From Octopus vulgaris (taxonomy: Eukaryota), in NCBI GenBank assembly GCA_951406725.2, contig OX597834.1:124001-188000 (forward strand): a stretch of 64,000 bases of DNA, read 5' to 3'. Every line of letters starts with the position of its first letter. Position 1 is the stretch's first letter. Of this stretch, positions 41,679 through 56,549 are shown piece after piece. The position numbers and the translations under genes are program-made. A model generated the notes under the pieces. It worked only from the letters and a program-made list of their open reading frames with translations. It was not told the origin of the DNA and did no database searches.

Positions 41679-43077
41679 CTTGCCATTGAAAATGAAAAAC
41701 AACAATAAGTAGTAGTAGTAATAACAGGTTCTAATTTTAGGTAGAGGACCAACATTTGTGGAGTTAGAGGTTACTCAAATCGATTCTAGAATTTGATTTG
41801 TACTTTCCTTTATTCTTGAATGGATGAAAGGCAAAGCTGACACTGACAGAATTTGAACTCAAAATGAGCCGAAAGAAATATAATAAGGCATTTCTGTTAA
41901 TCTGCAAGGATAATTAATTTTCAATTATCATTGCATAATAATAATAATAATAATAATAAAGTCAAAATTTCTAATACTTATTCTTAGACATGAAATCTAA
42001 AGATGAGAAAATATTTCTCAGTGATTAAATTGATCTACAATATATTTAGAATGTAAAGTAGACAAATCCTATGTGAAATTAAGGGAAAATGCCAAATTAA
42101 AATTAAGAAGCAATTCTTTTTAAGATATGAAATTCTTAATATTACAAAATTGAAGCTTGGAGTTCAAAACTAGGGATGACTGCAGTTTAACTCATAGAAT
42201 AATTTTTGCTATGACTGACGATCTAAATTGTTTGGAACATGTTCCATTTGGCTTTGTATTTAAGAAAGAAATGTTTCATTAAAGGCTTTATATAATTTGG
42301 TGAAGAAATAAAGTGAGGAATTTATAATTTATTTCAGAAATACAAGAAATCTCAATGGGAAGAATGTAAAAGCAGAAAGTGTCGCAGAAAATTCTTTGAA
42401 AAGAAAAGTGCATTTAGAATCAAATCTTAAGTGTGTGTTTAGCTAAAAATGCCAGAATGAAATTTTTGTGTGAAGAGTTTAGCATGCTAAATCCTCATGT
42501 TTTACTGCATTATCATGCTTTTAATGCATAAAAAGTTTGTTAAAAAATGTGTAAAGGCCAATGGAAAATTTGTGTTGTAAGGCAAACTTCAGTGACGCTT
42601 ATGAGACATGTTATTGGACATAAAGAATCTGTGGCTTATGAACAATTTGAAATATCCCTAGAAGACATAAGAAAGAAGAAATCAGATCATTTTAGAATCA
42701 ACAGCAGTTTTGATGTATATATGAGAGACAAACAGGAATGGATAATTAAAAAGCGAGGATTAAAAAATTCAATGGAAATTTGTGTCAAGTGCTTTCAGAG
42801 TCATGCTTCTTAATTTTCTGCAAAGATGGAATTGAGAGGCATGTGTGCCTACAAACAAGTAGTTAAACATGTGCACATTTATATATTTCTCTCTATATGC
42901 ATCTATGTGTGAGTGTGTGTACATATACATACACACACACACACTCACATACACTCACACACACATTCAGATATATGGATGTGATTTGATTTTATTACAA
43001 AAATATTTTAGACTATAGACATGTAGATGAATGCGTGTATATATTTATGGGTGTGTACAAATGTCAAAATGTGTGTA

Positions 43078-43138
<61 letters not shown>

Positions 43139-43407
43139 ACCCAGCCAGCTACACATGCATGTAAATATATGTGGAGTAGATGTGAAGTGTTGAATAAGTG
43201 ATGTGACTTTATAAATAGAGAAATATTTTGTAAGCAATATTATTAAAAGTGATCAGAATCAAATGTAGAAGTGGCGGACCAAAATAGTTGATGTGCTGAG
43301 AAAATGTTCGATGTGCACAGAAGCTCAAAGGGAAATGGACTTCAAACATTCAAAAAGTAATCAAGAGTTCTCATAATGAGCATTAATTAATTAGAATATT
43401 GACTGAG

Positions 43408-43466
<59 letters not shown>

Positions 43467-44204
43467 TTGCTTACTTGAATGACAAGTTGAGTTTTCTTAC
43501 CATGTGGATGAAGCAACATGCATAGTTGATCCGTGCACAACATAAGAAAGGGTTGTAAACACAGAGAAAATAGATTACAAGTTTAATGAAAACATGTTGG
43601 GTTTTTAATTATCAGTTTCGTTTAGAACCAGATTTGAAATGTTAACAAGTTGATAGCTTTAACTAAACTTTACGAAAAACAATATGGTTAGGACATATTT
43701 CTTGTTTTGGTCTAGCTAGAAGAGATAAGTAAATGATAAAAACTATAGAAAAATAATTCCACCACAACATGCAGAATAAAAGAAGAAAAAATAAGATAAA
43801 ATTCCTCATTGATTGTAAGAGCTACAGCAAAAGGGACAAAAACTATATTTTGGAAACTAGCACAAATCACTGCAATACTTGCAAAATGGATAAAAAAAAA
43901 AACAAACCTACAATGAATGAGAAATAAAGGACAAGGACTACAAAGACTTTCGACTGGTTTTTATGATAAAATGGACTACGTTCTCAATGCACTTACACTG
44001 GTGAGAAAAATTGGTTGAAGAAAAAGTGTTTTCAACTACTTGGGTCACAAGCAATTTAAAATGAGGTAGGTGCATAAATATGGATAACTTGTGACAGCAT
44101 AAATTCGGATAATAGAGTTGAAGAGGATGGAGGCAGACTGGTGTAACTTAAATTCCAGATGCAATTTAGGTGTGCCAGAGTAATTGGAGTGTATTCAGTC
44201 ATAC

Positions 44205-44348
44205 CTGATTATAGTCCTCATCATAATCTTTATAATCCTCTTGATACTCCTGATAATCTTTATAATCCTCGTGATACTCTTCGTCATCGTGATATTCTTT
44301 ATAATCATCGTCATCACGATATTCCTTAATATCATCCTCCCAGAACAA
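44205..44348 (-). CDS. Candidate 144-nt in-frame cassette exon, acidic Tyr-rich (LFWEDDIKEYRDDDDYKEYHDDEEYHEDYKDYQEYQEDYKDYDEDYNQ)
   Basis: ttttctgatttcaag acceptor, CAG|gtatga donor, phase 0 to 0. Codon-structured D/E/Y repeat with no stop. Confidence 0.7.
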
Positions 44349-44603
44349 CTTGAAATCAGAAAAGTTGAACAAATCAGATACATTCAAAATTTCAACAAGA
44401 AACGTAAAGCTCTTCGACATCACAGCTGTAGATTACTCTCCAAAGGCCATAGAATGTGTGTGCATGTATATATAATATATATATTCACATATACACATAA
44501 ACAAAAAAATGTACAAGGTACTTATATAAATACACATATAACTTAATAATCTAAAGATTGGTCTTATATATATATATATATGGATATACATATTTATATG
44601 TAT

Positions 44604-44740
<137 letters not shown>

Positions 44741-44804
44741 TATACATATTTATATGTATACATATATATATATATATACATACATGCATGCATACACACA
44801 TATA

Positions 44805-44843
<39 letters not shown>

Positions 44844-44939
44844 TATAATATATATACACCTACAGATATGTATATATATATATATATATATACACATACA
44901 GATATGCATATATAGATATATATATATACACACTGACAT

Positions 44940-44985
<46 letters not shown>

Positions 44986-45599
44986 TATACATATATACGT
45001 ACACACACACACACATATATATATATATATCAATAACCATGTGCATATAACGATATAACTATACATGCATATATACACACACGCATATTCATTTACATAA
45101 TTACATACAGTGATATATATAATTATATTCATGTATATGGTCATACATATATACATACAGTCACACTAAAATAGATATAGAATCATTTCCAGTCAAAATA
45201 TGAAAATAGGAATAAAATATCTAAGAACTTCATGTGTCATGAATTAATACCTAGAAACTAATTAATAGCTAATTAGTACAAACAAATTGTTCCACTCAAC
45301 TAATATTTGAACCTGAAACTACTCTGCTCACAGAATATAAAAGATGTAAAGTTTTGTAATGATACATCAAAAGTAGGTAAATCTATTATATTAGAAATTA
45401 TTTAATCTAAATCATTATAATGACCAATTTTAGCGCTAACTTGTGATTAAAATGCACAGTGAACTGAATTAAAACAATTCTTTCAGTGTTACATAATAAT
45501 ACTGTAAAATGGCCAAGAAAGAGCAGGAATTTTATAATGAATATATTTAACTAGTCTAATGATAGGATTAAAAGATAAACAAATAAAATAAATAGAGCC

Positions 45600-46230
45600 A
45601 ACTCTAAACCCCAACAAGAAAAAATGCCACCATTAGGCCATCTGGTTTATATCCCCATTTAGGATCTTCCTTGGATTAGCAGATAAGTATTTTCCTAAAA
45701 AAAATACATACAGGAAAAATTTCAATAAGATACTTTGAGGGTCTCTTTTACCTGTGGACCTAGCTTAAAGAAAATTTTAGCAAATAAGCCCAAATCTAGC
45801 ATAGAGATAAACTGTTCGTTCAGATGTAACACCACAAGCCCACTAAATGGTCAGTATAACACAGAAACCATTACATGTGAAGCAGAAACAGCCTCAAAGA
45901 ATCCTAGCAGAGTGATAAATGTACAAAAATACACAGGTGCCATGGAAGCCTCCTTCAAGTCCAGGCTGCACAGCCACAAATGTTTGTGTCATATTCAAGA
46001 GAATGAAAATATAGGCAGAAAATACTGCACAATATAACACCGGGTGAAGACTGTACAGGCACAGACCTTCCATGAGCAGCAGTAGGATGTGCAAACTGTT
46101 AACAGAAAAAAAAATCATATTAAAGAACACTCCACCCAAGGGCTGACTGAGCTTTAAAAGTGAAATTATTTCTTACTGCCCTCATGAACTCAAGTTCATA
46201 TTAACCAGCTGGTCAGGCAGACCCAAAGTA
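45600..46230 (+). mobile_element. Decayed Penelope-like element, endonuclease region
   Basis: SFTCGPSLKKIL...PLNGQ...KYTGAMEASFKSRLHSHK. Confidence 0.7.
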
Positions 46231-47989
46231 TAAAAGCTGGCTTTTCCCTTGCCATAAATGAGAAGTTAACATTCTCACTGCCTCACACAACACATATACA
46301 CACTAATACACATTAGTGCATATGCCTGTCCACATCTTTAGAAAAAACAAAAAAAACTCCATCACTCTCCCATCCAATTCTGCACCTTTCCCTGCACATG
46401 TCTCTCTACCTCCACATCACCTTGACCCCTCTTCACTCTTTTATCAAATATCACATAAAAACAGAGTGGACTTTTGTTAGATGAATGGTGAAATTCAGGT
46501 CATTGGATCAACAGGACAAATTCATAACACATAAATCTGACAGCCTTCAGAGACAACCCCATTTGTTTGGTTCTATTAACCTGTTCTTTTGGCTGCATTC
46601 TTTTATCCATCAATGTTGTTCTGGATTTCTACAACAAGTCTGAGACCCATAAAACAGATGACATTTTCAGGCCACCAAAAGTAGAGAGACCAAGCCATAC
46701 TTTTCCATTCAACCACGTATGATGGTTGTTTATTTACCTCTCCAATTCTAGAAGGTTATTGGCATGAATCCAATCAGACACGTTAATTAGTTGTTATGAG
46801 ACTATAATATTGTAATAATAAAAAAATAATTATACATATATATATGTATATATTTATACTTAAAATGTACACATACAAGTAGATATACATATAAACAATA
46901 CAATATATTCACATATATAACAAGATATTGATGTCGATATATATCTAAATACATACGTTATATGTATATATTTATCTGTCTGTCTATCTATCTAAACATA
47001 AATATACATATGTATAGAGAAAGACATATGTTTATATATGTGTATATGAACACAGACCAAGATTGAGAAGAAAAGTGTTCCCTTCAGACTAACACTGAAG
47101 CCATATCTGTTCTGAGCCAGAACAAAGCACCTTCAATGGTTTGGGATTATGATCACACTCATGAACGTAACATTTATACTTACATATACTTATATGTGTG
47201 TGTGTACACATTGACACAGACATGAATATGTACATATACACACATTTATGTATAAACACACACACACATCCCATGTATATTTAGTAGGTGTATTGTCCTT
47301 CAAATGGAACCAACATTTTTACTAATTCCTGGTTTCCAGGTAATGATTTAAAGCCACTACTTCGTGTTAGATCCTAAAATGAAATGTAAAGGAATATAGG
47401 AAGTTGTGGAATTGGTTCATTATTTGAAGTTCCAGAAAAGGTGAAACTTAAAGGTGTAATCTATTGGAGACTAATCAAGCAGTTAAATTCCCACACACAC
47501 ACACATACACACAAACACAAAAGGTCTTTCCTGTATACTTTTCCCAATATGCCAATCCCCTACAAAATTAAGGGCTAGCAGCTTAGTTCACTCATTTAAT
47601 AATCAATTATATTAAACATAAAAAAACAGCAATAAAAAACCAATTTGGGTTCCCAACCATGCATCAGAGATCATTTACACAAGAAAAAGGAAGAAAAAAA
47701 CCCCGTAAAAGTCAATGTTATACTGTAGACTAGAATATATTTATAGATATAAATATTTATAGAATATGCTCCGGCATGGCCATAAACTGTGATGCTTAAA
47801 ACAAACACAAGAACTACAAAAACTGGAAATAATGAAGTGGCTGATAGTAGTCCAGCAAACTGATGTTTGAAGTGAGAAGGGAATTCTATGGCTGTTGAAT
47901 AAAGGAAAGGATTGCAACATGGGGCATAAGGAGAGACATCTAAGTCAGCCTGGAAGGGATTAATACACATCTAGCTAGTTCTGGTGAGC

Positions 47990-48760
47990 AGAAGCAGTTG
48001 TAGATGAGAATATATTTTGTTTAGCTGAGCAACCAGAGGTCATGACTATTCTTCAAGGCATCTGAGTTTGGGAAAGAAGCTATCTTTACACAAAATGCTT
48101 ACAGATGCTTACAATGGGGTGGAGCACATCAAATGAAGCCAAGTGCCAAGCAGTTCTGTTAAACCGGTTGAGAGATAAAACTTAGACTTCTGCAAGATCA
48201 GTACCCAACCTAATGAAATAATGTCCAGAGGGTTAACACCAATGTTGGGTTTCTTGTGAAATGTAGCCACTGATCTCAATTGTCTGTGCATGGGTTTCAT
48301 GGAAGATCTGTTTATGTGGACGCAGTTGCAATGACAGAATATGGATAAGTGTTGATTCCACATATGCTCTGTAGGAGTCACAGGCAAGTGAAATTGAAGA
48401 AAAATGAGGGTGCATTTATGCAACCCTTCAAGAAATCAAATAGCCCCCATTGTACAGCCACATTCAATCTAAATGTCATCAAGCATTTATCACTAAACAT
48501 CTGCAAGAGGATAAATGCATTAGACTTTAATGAATTCAGCTTCCACAAAGCTGTAGTGTATGATAAGGAGGCACTACTAGGTTGCTGATGTCAAGAAGAG
48601 ACAAACACTTGCAACTGCACTCCCCAAACCATAAAAACATTAAGAAGAGAAATGTTATATGGAACAACCCACCGTACAATAATGCTGTAGAAACTAGTAT
48701 TACAACTCATTTCATGAACAGCCTTAAATGCTGTAAATTATTTAACAAAATCAACAGCAG
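47990..48760 (+). mobile_element. Decayed Penelope-like element, RT region
   Basis: PFKKSNSP, NVIKHLSLNICKRI and KRNVIWNNPPYN (PLE IWFNPPF-type motif). Confidence 0.7.
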
Positions 48761-49253
48761 CACCAGTAACACTGTTAACGTAAATATAGTGCAGACAAAC
48801 ATAGAATGAAAGGAGCTGAGAAACACTCTCAAAATATAGAGTTTAGCCTCATAAAAGAGGGATGTTTAGAGAAAATATTGTATGTTGTGCTAATGTCTTC
48901 AGCAATAACCCTTTTCATCATTAGCGTCAGGAAAACAGCAAATTTGGAAATCAAGAAACAAAGCCCTCAGTATCTCAGAGGCAGTATTAGAAGAGATACA
49001 GGTATTTAAGAAGGGATCAAAGTGTTATGGTGTCTGTATTCTATAGAAACTCCATTCCATTTGCTGTCACATCTTAATCTTAAATTAAAAAAAACACACC
49101 AGCCAATACTGACTTGTTGAAACATGCTCAAATTCTATGTTGGGGATTTCAAGGAAGTTTCACCAGATGCATAGTGTCTCTTGTCATGCAAGAGCCTGGG
49201 CTATCACCAGATGTGAAGTAATTTAAAAAGAGGAGAAAATCATAAAGAAATAA

Positions 49254-49401
49254 GTGGTAAGTAGCTTGCTAACCAACCACATGGTTCCGGGTTCAATCTC
49301 ACTGCGTGGCATCTTGGGCAAGTGTCTTCTGCTATAGCCCCGGGCTGACCAATACCTTGTGAGTGGATTTGCTAGACGGAAACTGAAAGAAACCTGTCGT
49401 A

Positions 49402-49448
<47 letters not shown>

Positions 49449-49665
49449 TTATGTTTGTGTGTCTGTGTCCCCCTAGCATTGCTTGACAACCGATGCTGGT
49501 GTGTTTATGCCCCCATCACTTAGCGGTTCGGCAAAAGAGACCGATAGAATAAGTACTGGGCTTACAAAGAATAAGTCCCGGGGTCGATTTGCTCGACTAA
49601 AGGTGGTGCTCCAGCATGGCCACAGTCAATTGACTGAAACAAGTAAAAGAGTAAGAGTAAAAGTT
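49254..49665 (+). mobile_element. tRNA-derived SINE, same family as 27783-28200
   Basis: Near-identical sequence, slightly 5'-truncated. Confidence 0.9.
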
Positions 49666-50204
49666 AAAATAATAAAACAAATATGAATGGTAATTAGTTG
49701 GAGTTAAATAGCATTATAAGGAAAATATTTAAAATAACAAATTTAAATGTTTACTACTTTATATATTATTGAAACCTGCATGTGTACTTCATTGTTTAAG
49801 TGGATATGTGTGTATAATATTACAGAATATTCATTAGTGTATATAAATAGAAGTCAACTTTCTATAACTTATGCCTTAAGTTCATTCAACTTATCAGGAA
49901 TCTAAACTCAGAAATCCAATAGAAAATACAAGTGAATATTAGATAATATCATAGACTTATAAGAACAATCAGTCAGGAGATTTCAAAGACAGACTTTTAT
50001 ATGACAGAGGAATAATTTGTGTAGTAAGAAATAAAATATTCATTTGCAACAAGAAATAACCAAAGTTTGAACTAAAATAGAAACACACTATAACTTGTGT
50101 GTGTATAAAATATAATGTACCTAAAATGTGTATTTAATATTTCATTTATGAAATTCTACTTACTTTGTGTCACAAGTACATCTCATGTATGGTTGTATGT
50201 ATGG

Positions 50205-50267
<63 letters not shown>

Positions 50268-50856
50268 GATGGATGTATGCATACATGCATATATTTATCA
50301 TCATTTAATGTCCATTTGCCATGCTGTCATGGGTTGAGCAATTTGACAAGATCCAGCAAGCCACAGGGCTGCATTAAGCTCACATACTTACACATATATG
50401 CATATACACCCGCACTCTCTCTCATCTGTGGTTATCATTTGTGCAAGTGTGCATGTATGTATAATATGAATATTAAATTTCAATATATACATTAAATGTT
50501 TCTGTGTTGATGGTTATCTGATGTGTTAACCACTGAACATGGAATGTAAATTAACAATTAGTGTTACCCTCATTGGTAAGAGACCAGTGTTCATGCAGAT
50601 TCAGAACACGAGCCATCTGCAATGAGTTATCATTTCACCCATCATATCACAACATATCCACTTATTCCTCTCTCTTTCTCTCTGTCTGTCTTTGTGTACA
50701 ATATTATTAAATGTATCCCTTCCTCTTCCTCTTCCTACACACACACATTCTAATTCATAAAATTGCATACACTTTCAAATTATCAGTAAAAAATACAGAT
50801 TTGGTTAAATTTTGAACATCATTGAATTCCCATGTTTTTTCTGTTAATGACCACAA

Positions 50857-50860
<4 letters not shown>

Positions 50861-50929
<69 letters not shown>

Positions 50930-50934
50930 GTATG

Positions 50935-50967
<33 letters not shown>

Positions 50968-50988
50968 ATATATATATATGTATGTATG

Positions 50989-51021
<33 letters not shown>

Positions 51022-51076
51022 ATATATATATATATATATATATGTAGGTATATATATATGTAGGTATATATATATG

Positions 51077-51132
<56 letters not shown>

Positions 51133-51200
51133 GGTATATATATACGTATATATATATATATATATGTATGTCTGTATATACATATATATATGTCTGTATG

Positions 51201-51233
<33 letters not shown>

Positions 51234-51270
51234 GTCTGTATATATATATATATATATGTATGTATGTCTG

Positions 51271-51301
<31 letters not shown>

Positions 51302-51569
51302 CTGTATATATATATATATATATATGTATGTCTGTATATATATATATATATATATATGTATGTCTGTATATATATATATATATATATGTATGTCTGTATA
51401 TATATATATATATATATGTATGTCTGTATATATATATATATATATGTATGTCTGTATATATATATATATATATGTGTATGTCTGTATATATATATATATA
51501 TATGTGTATGTCTGTATATATATATATGTATGTATGTCTGTATATATATATATGTATGTATGTCTGTAT

Positions 51570-51601
<32 letters not shown>

Positions 51602-51606
51602 GTATG

Positions 51607-51685
<79 letters not shown>

Positions 51686-51689
51686 GTAA

Positions 51690-51725
<36 letters not shown>
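50861..51725. repeat. (TA)n/(TATG)n compound microsatellite
   Basis: Direct reading. Confidence 0.95.
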
Positions 51726-51727
<2 letters not shown>

Positions 51728-54413
51728 TCCTGCAGGGTGACCAATAAACACCCTCCTCACCAAGCAAGCTTGGTGGGGTTGCCGATTTAGTCGCCGGCGA
51801 CCCGACCATGCAACAGGTTGTACTGGGTTACATGTTACCAGTAGGACTCGAAAGTGACCTTCGCACAATGGCCATACTCGATAACGAAGGGGCAGCCATC
51901 ATATATATATATATATATATACATACATACACAGTCTTAGAGAAGTATATATCAATAAGTATCACTATAGATATACTTAATCTATAAAAATGTTACAATA
52001 CATATTTAAGAAAATAAAGTGTGCAAATTCTTGGAAATAGCAATTAAAAAAGATTTTGTTATTTTCAAAATTTATTCCATACATGATTGTGTGCTTGAAA
52101 CGAAATTCAATTAAACAAAATCCAAGAGGATTTCTGAATGTCAGTCACTTGGCTCAATGTCAAGAGATTTTTTTCGCTTTCACAGAAACCGAAGGTTTTG
52201 ACGTCTAGCATCTTGGATTTTATCACCATTACTGCTCCTGCAGACCCTTACAAGTTATTTAGTTTTATTACAGATTTTACAGTTACAAACAGTTAACACT
52301 GATTCTAGGCATACTGAAGATATATCTAAAATATTAATGTTTAAGGAAGAAATGGAATCATTCTATTCTTGAAACTATCAAAATACTGAGTGAGTCTTTT
52401 AAAATTTAAATATTGAAAACTTTTTGAACATAACACTAAAGATATGATATACAATATTTTAATTAAGATAGATAGCCATATTTGAAACATTTTATTATAA
52501 AAACTTACATGAATGAATCAGTATGTATGTATGGAGTGTGTGTATACACATAGTATGTATATGTATGCACTCATATACATACACACACAAACATATACAA
52601 GAAATAGATAAAGAGACAGGTATGTAGATACATACAAGTATATATATGAACACACATATGCACACAAAATTGTTATAATTAGATGAAAGCTATCCTTTAT
52701 ATTCATATGAAACATAATTGCAAAGAAACATTGAAGTGAATACAAAATAAGATACACAAAGACAATCTTTTTGGTAAGTTGTTATTACCAAACAAAAAAG
52801 CATGATTGATTATTGGTGTGAAATTTTAAATCAAAATAGACCAAGGGAAAAAAATCAACATTTACACATCAAAATGTGAAGCTCAACTTAAACAAGCAAT
52901 GAAAGTGTTGTTTTAATTGCACATTTACTGTATTAAGAAGAAAGAAAGAAAGAAAAGAAAGAAAGAAAAATATTATTTAAGTGGCTAGAATTAAATAAAA
53001 TATTAAAAAATTGCTGTGTTGCTCTCTATCTAACATGGTTATTTGAAGTGGCTTCAGTGACAGATTTCAACAAGAAAAGCAATGTGGAAATAATTAAAAA
53101 CAAATTAAAAATAGAACATTTTTAGTTATTATTCTAATAACATAAACAACTGAATGTGGTGTTTACTGTGAAGTGGTGTGCTGCAGCCTTGAGCAATGGC
53201 AGTCAACTGGTGCCAAGCAGAGCTTGAGCAATTTACAGGCAAACAAATTTCACAGACCATACTGATACGAAAGCAGAGAAAGACTTATGTTTAACCTATA
53301 AACAGTGAGAACTTGGGTGAAAACATGCACTTATAATTAAAGAACAAAATAGGTAAAAATAATATAAATAATATAAAGATGGAAAAATGTAAGAGAGAGC
53401 ATACCAGATGGAATGAATTTCAAATAGTTTAGCACAATCTATTATTGTTCAGTGTCAAATAGATGTGGGGGAAATTAACAGTAAATTAAGTATTTAAATC
53501 ATAGTTTTAAGTAATGTATATTTGTAGAGAAGTGTAAATTACCATTGTTAATGTCATTTTAATTTGCTAAATCAAAAAATTATTTTCACACAAAATCTTG
53601 ATTCTCTCAAAGTCTAGAATCTCATAAGTTCGAATCAGGCAGAGTTTGCTGATAAGGTCTAATTAGAGCAAAACATGCCTGAAGTTATCCTATATCACTG
53701 AGGATCAAATTCACTTCTCTGCTACATAATTCTATTTCATTTTTAGTCAATTTATATTTCATATTCTCTCTCCATTGCCTTTCTTAACAAGAACTGTCAT
53801 TGCTGCTAAAGACTTTGCTCCTCATTCCAGGAGCAATTTTGTTTGGTTAAAAATTCTTTTTGGTTCACTACATTAAATATGTTAATGTTGTAAATAAGTG
53901 AATTTATCAGAAAAAGCAGACTGACAGGTATACACACGCATGCACACACACACATACAGATAACACTGCTAGCCATGTAACAAAGGTATTTCTAGAATAT
54001 GAGACTAGCAAAACAGTTCTTTGAATCCTGATTTGAATATATTCTACATGAAGGCAATATTCAGAAATACAAAAATATATTAAAATAATAAAAGTTTGTT
54101 ACTTCCTGAAATTACTTCAGAATCTGTGCAAAGCCTTAATCAAAATACGTATCGACAGACCCACATTGCACCCTAATGCACCCCTACTTCTCTGACTTTT
54201 CGCGTCTGTTCCAGTTGATAGGCTCAGAATATTATATTTACACAAACTATAAGTGTTTCTCTAACAAACAACTTGTTATGTCCCAAATTCTTGAAATTAG
54301 ACTATTTACAGGGGCCAAATGTATGCCATTGATATTGTGACTCCTGTTACACCATCAAGTCTTTCACGACTACCCAGTGAACTCAATATAAAAGGAACTA
54401 CTCCCAACCAAAT

Positions 54414-54596
54414 TCAATATTTTAGTCCCTTGACTTTGTCCATCTCTTTGCATGATGGATTGTTCTGGAGGAAGGGACTGTTTGGAGAACAGAGAGGTTC
54501 AGAGAAAGTGACTGTGTCTATGGTCTTCACAGGCCCTTCTGAGACCAATGGCTTCAGAACATTTACAGTCCCTCTTGAATACTTGCAATTTAATAT
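54414..54596 (-). CDS. Candidate alternative terminal exon of Cav2 (ILNCKYSRG...KVKGLKY*)
   Basis: Strong acceptor ccctttgtcatccttttctgcag, then 60 open codons in phase 0 to TGA. Non-repetitive sequence, GC-richer than the flanks. Confidence 0.35.
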   Translation of the reverse strand: MLNCKYSRGTVNVLKPLVSEGPVKTIDTVTFSEPLCSPNSPFLQNNPSCKEMDKVKGLKY

Positions 54597-55011
54597 CTGC
54601 AGAAAAGGATGACAAAGGGATGATATTTTTGGGGAAGAAGGACTGGTCATAATGGTTACAGTGAAACACAATGTGGGCATTTCACACACACACAAACACA
54701 ATATATATATAATTAAAATTAATCAAAGGATATACTAAGTATGTCTACCTGCTGGAAATAACAGTGACATCTCTTATTTAAATCGCAATTTAAATAAGAG
54801 TTTTGACTGTTATTTCCAACATACTTAGTTTGTTCTTTGATTAATTTTAATCCTTCGGCTATTTAATGCTTTTTGGGGGCCTGTAATCACCTATATTATT
54901 GATTCTGCTATTGTCATTTTTAAATTGTTACACTAAATAATAACAATGGTATCTTCGCAAATTATTTTTCATGAATAATTTTTTCTCGTCAATTATTTGC
55001 TCCGTATTGAA

Positions 55012-55042
<31 letters not shown>

Positions 55043-56549
55043 TCCCTCGTTAACCTCTAGGCAAGGAAACAGCTTCAATACAGAATTGGTGTGATGTGTA
55101 GCTAAAGAATTATTAGCAATATCATCATCATAATCTTTATTATAATTAATTAATGACATTATCGTAGCAATAAAATCATTAATTATTTCCTAATCTCAAA
55201 CCAGTTAACATTTTCAAGACTCAGTGTCTTCATACCCACATCCAACACCCTGAACTTCTTAAGTTGATATATATTATTGATAATACCCACAGATTATAAC
55301 CAAATCAATTATTGATCACTGATTATCATTAATTTACCAACTGAATAAACTGGCAGAAAACCACTCAAAGGCCAGTGTTTTTGCTAGTAGTAGTGATAAT
55401 AACCCTCCCTGCTATAAGTACAAGGATCAAATTTCAGTAGAGAAAATTTGACAATTTACATCAACCCCATTGCTCAACTGGTACTTTATTTTATCAACTC
55501 CAAAAAGATGGAAAGCAACAGTGGCCTCGGCAGGACCTGAACTCGAAAAACTACCCAACAGAAGCTAACACACAGGCTAACTTACTAACAGAGTAGCAAG
55601 CAGAATTATAATCTGATATTTAGGATAAAATCTTGGTAAGACAAGTGATAAAATCGTACACAAGACTTCTCATGGCTTAAGCCCATGACCAAAATGGAGA
55701 TTTATGGACACATTCCACCTAGCTCTAAAATTGTTGCTCAACTTAGAATCAGCTTTGCTGACTACTAATATTGTACTGAACACCACGATACACCAGATAT
55801 TATTGGCAGAGACACACATCACAAAACTGAGGATCCAGCAATGCTAGTGGAGGACAAATATTCCTAGTGTGATGAGATGTATCTTGATTGCAGAATAAAA
55901 TTGTTTATTTTAATAATTGATTTATAATTATCATTTTTATCATTATTAGATCATTTGTATATTAATTTTAAAAAATCTAGTATATCAGGGTTGTCTCCCC
56001 TGCATTTATTAGCAAGAGTTGATCATTAGGTTAATTAGTCATTTTCCTCACCATGGATGTAATTTTAATCAATTACAATATCAGGGCTCATGACATTAAA
56101 TACAGATCTAACAATTTGGCTTTCCTGCAAAACATGTCCCCAGGTAGCATTTCGATTTTGTTCTAATTATCTTCACATATTTTTACTCTAATTTGTAGAT
56201 AATGTGTTTTATATCAATTAAAAGGTGTCACTCATAGTTGAAACCTTAATACAGTAAAACTGAGTCAGTGATCAGGCTACAATTGTATGATGAAACTTTT
56301 AAACACTTCATAGTAGTACTATTTCGAAATTTAACAGATTTTCTTTTCGCATTTATAATTGGCTAATTTAACTGAAATGGCATCTGGCTGAGTTGATGTC
56401 TGTTGTTAATCTAGGCAGTGCTAGGTCTATTCTTTAACTTTAGAACTGGTATGCTCTGTATCGGAACACTTTGAAGACAAGAACATTTGAAGATGTGCAA
56501 TATCAGTGAAAGTAAAGTTTTGCACACTTTCATGCTAAGAAGTACTGAC

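Noticed and set aside
43475-43495. 21-nt in-frame microexon candidate (KTQLVIQ)
   Set aside because: Good donor, but the acceptor (catggtaag) lacks an adjacent pyrimidine tract; compatible with chance.
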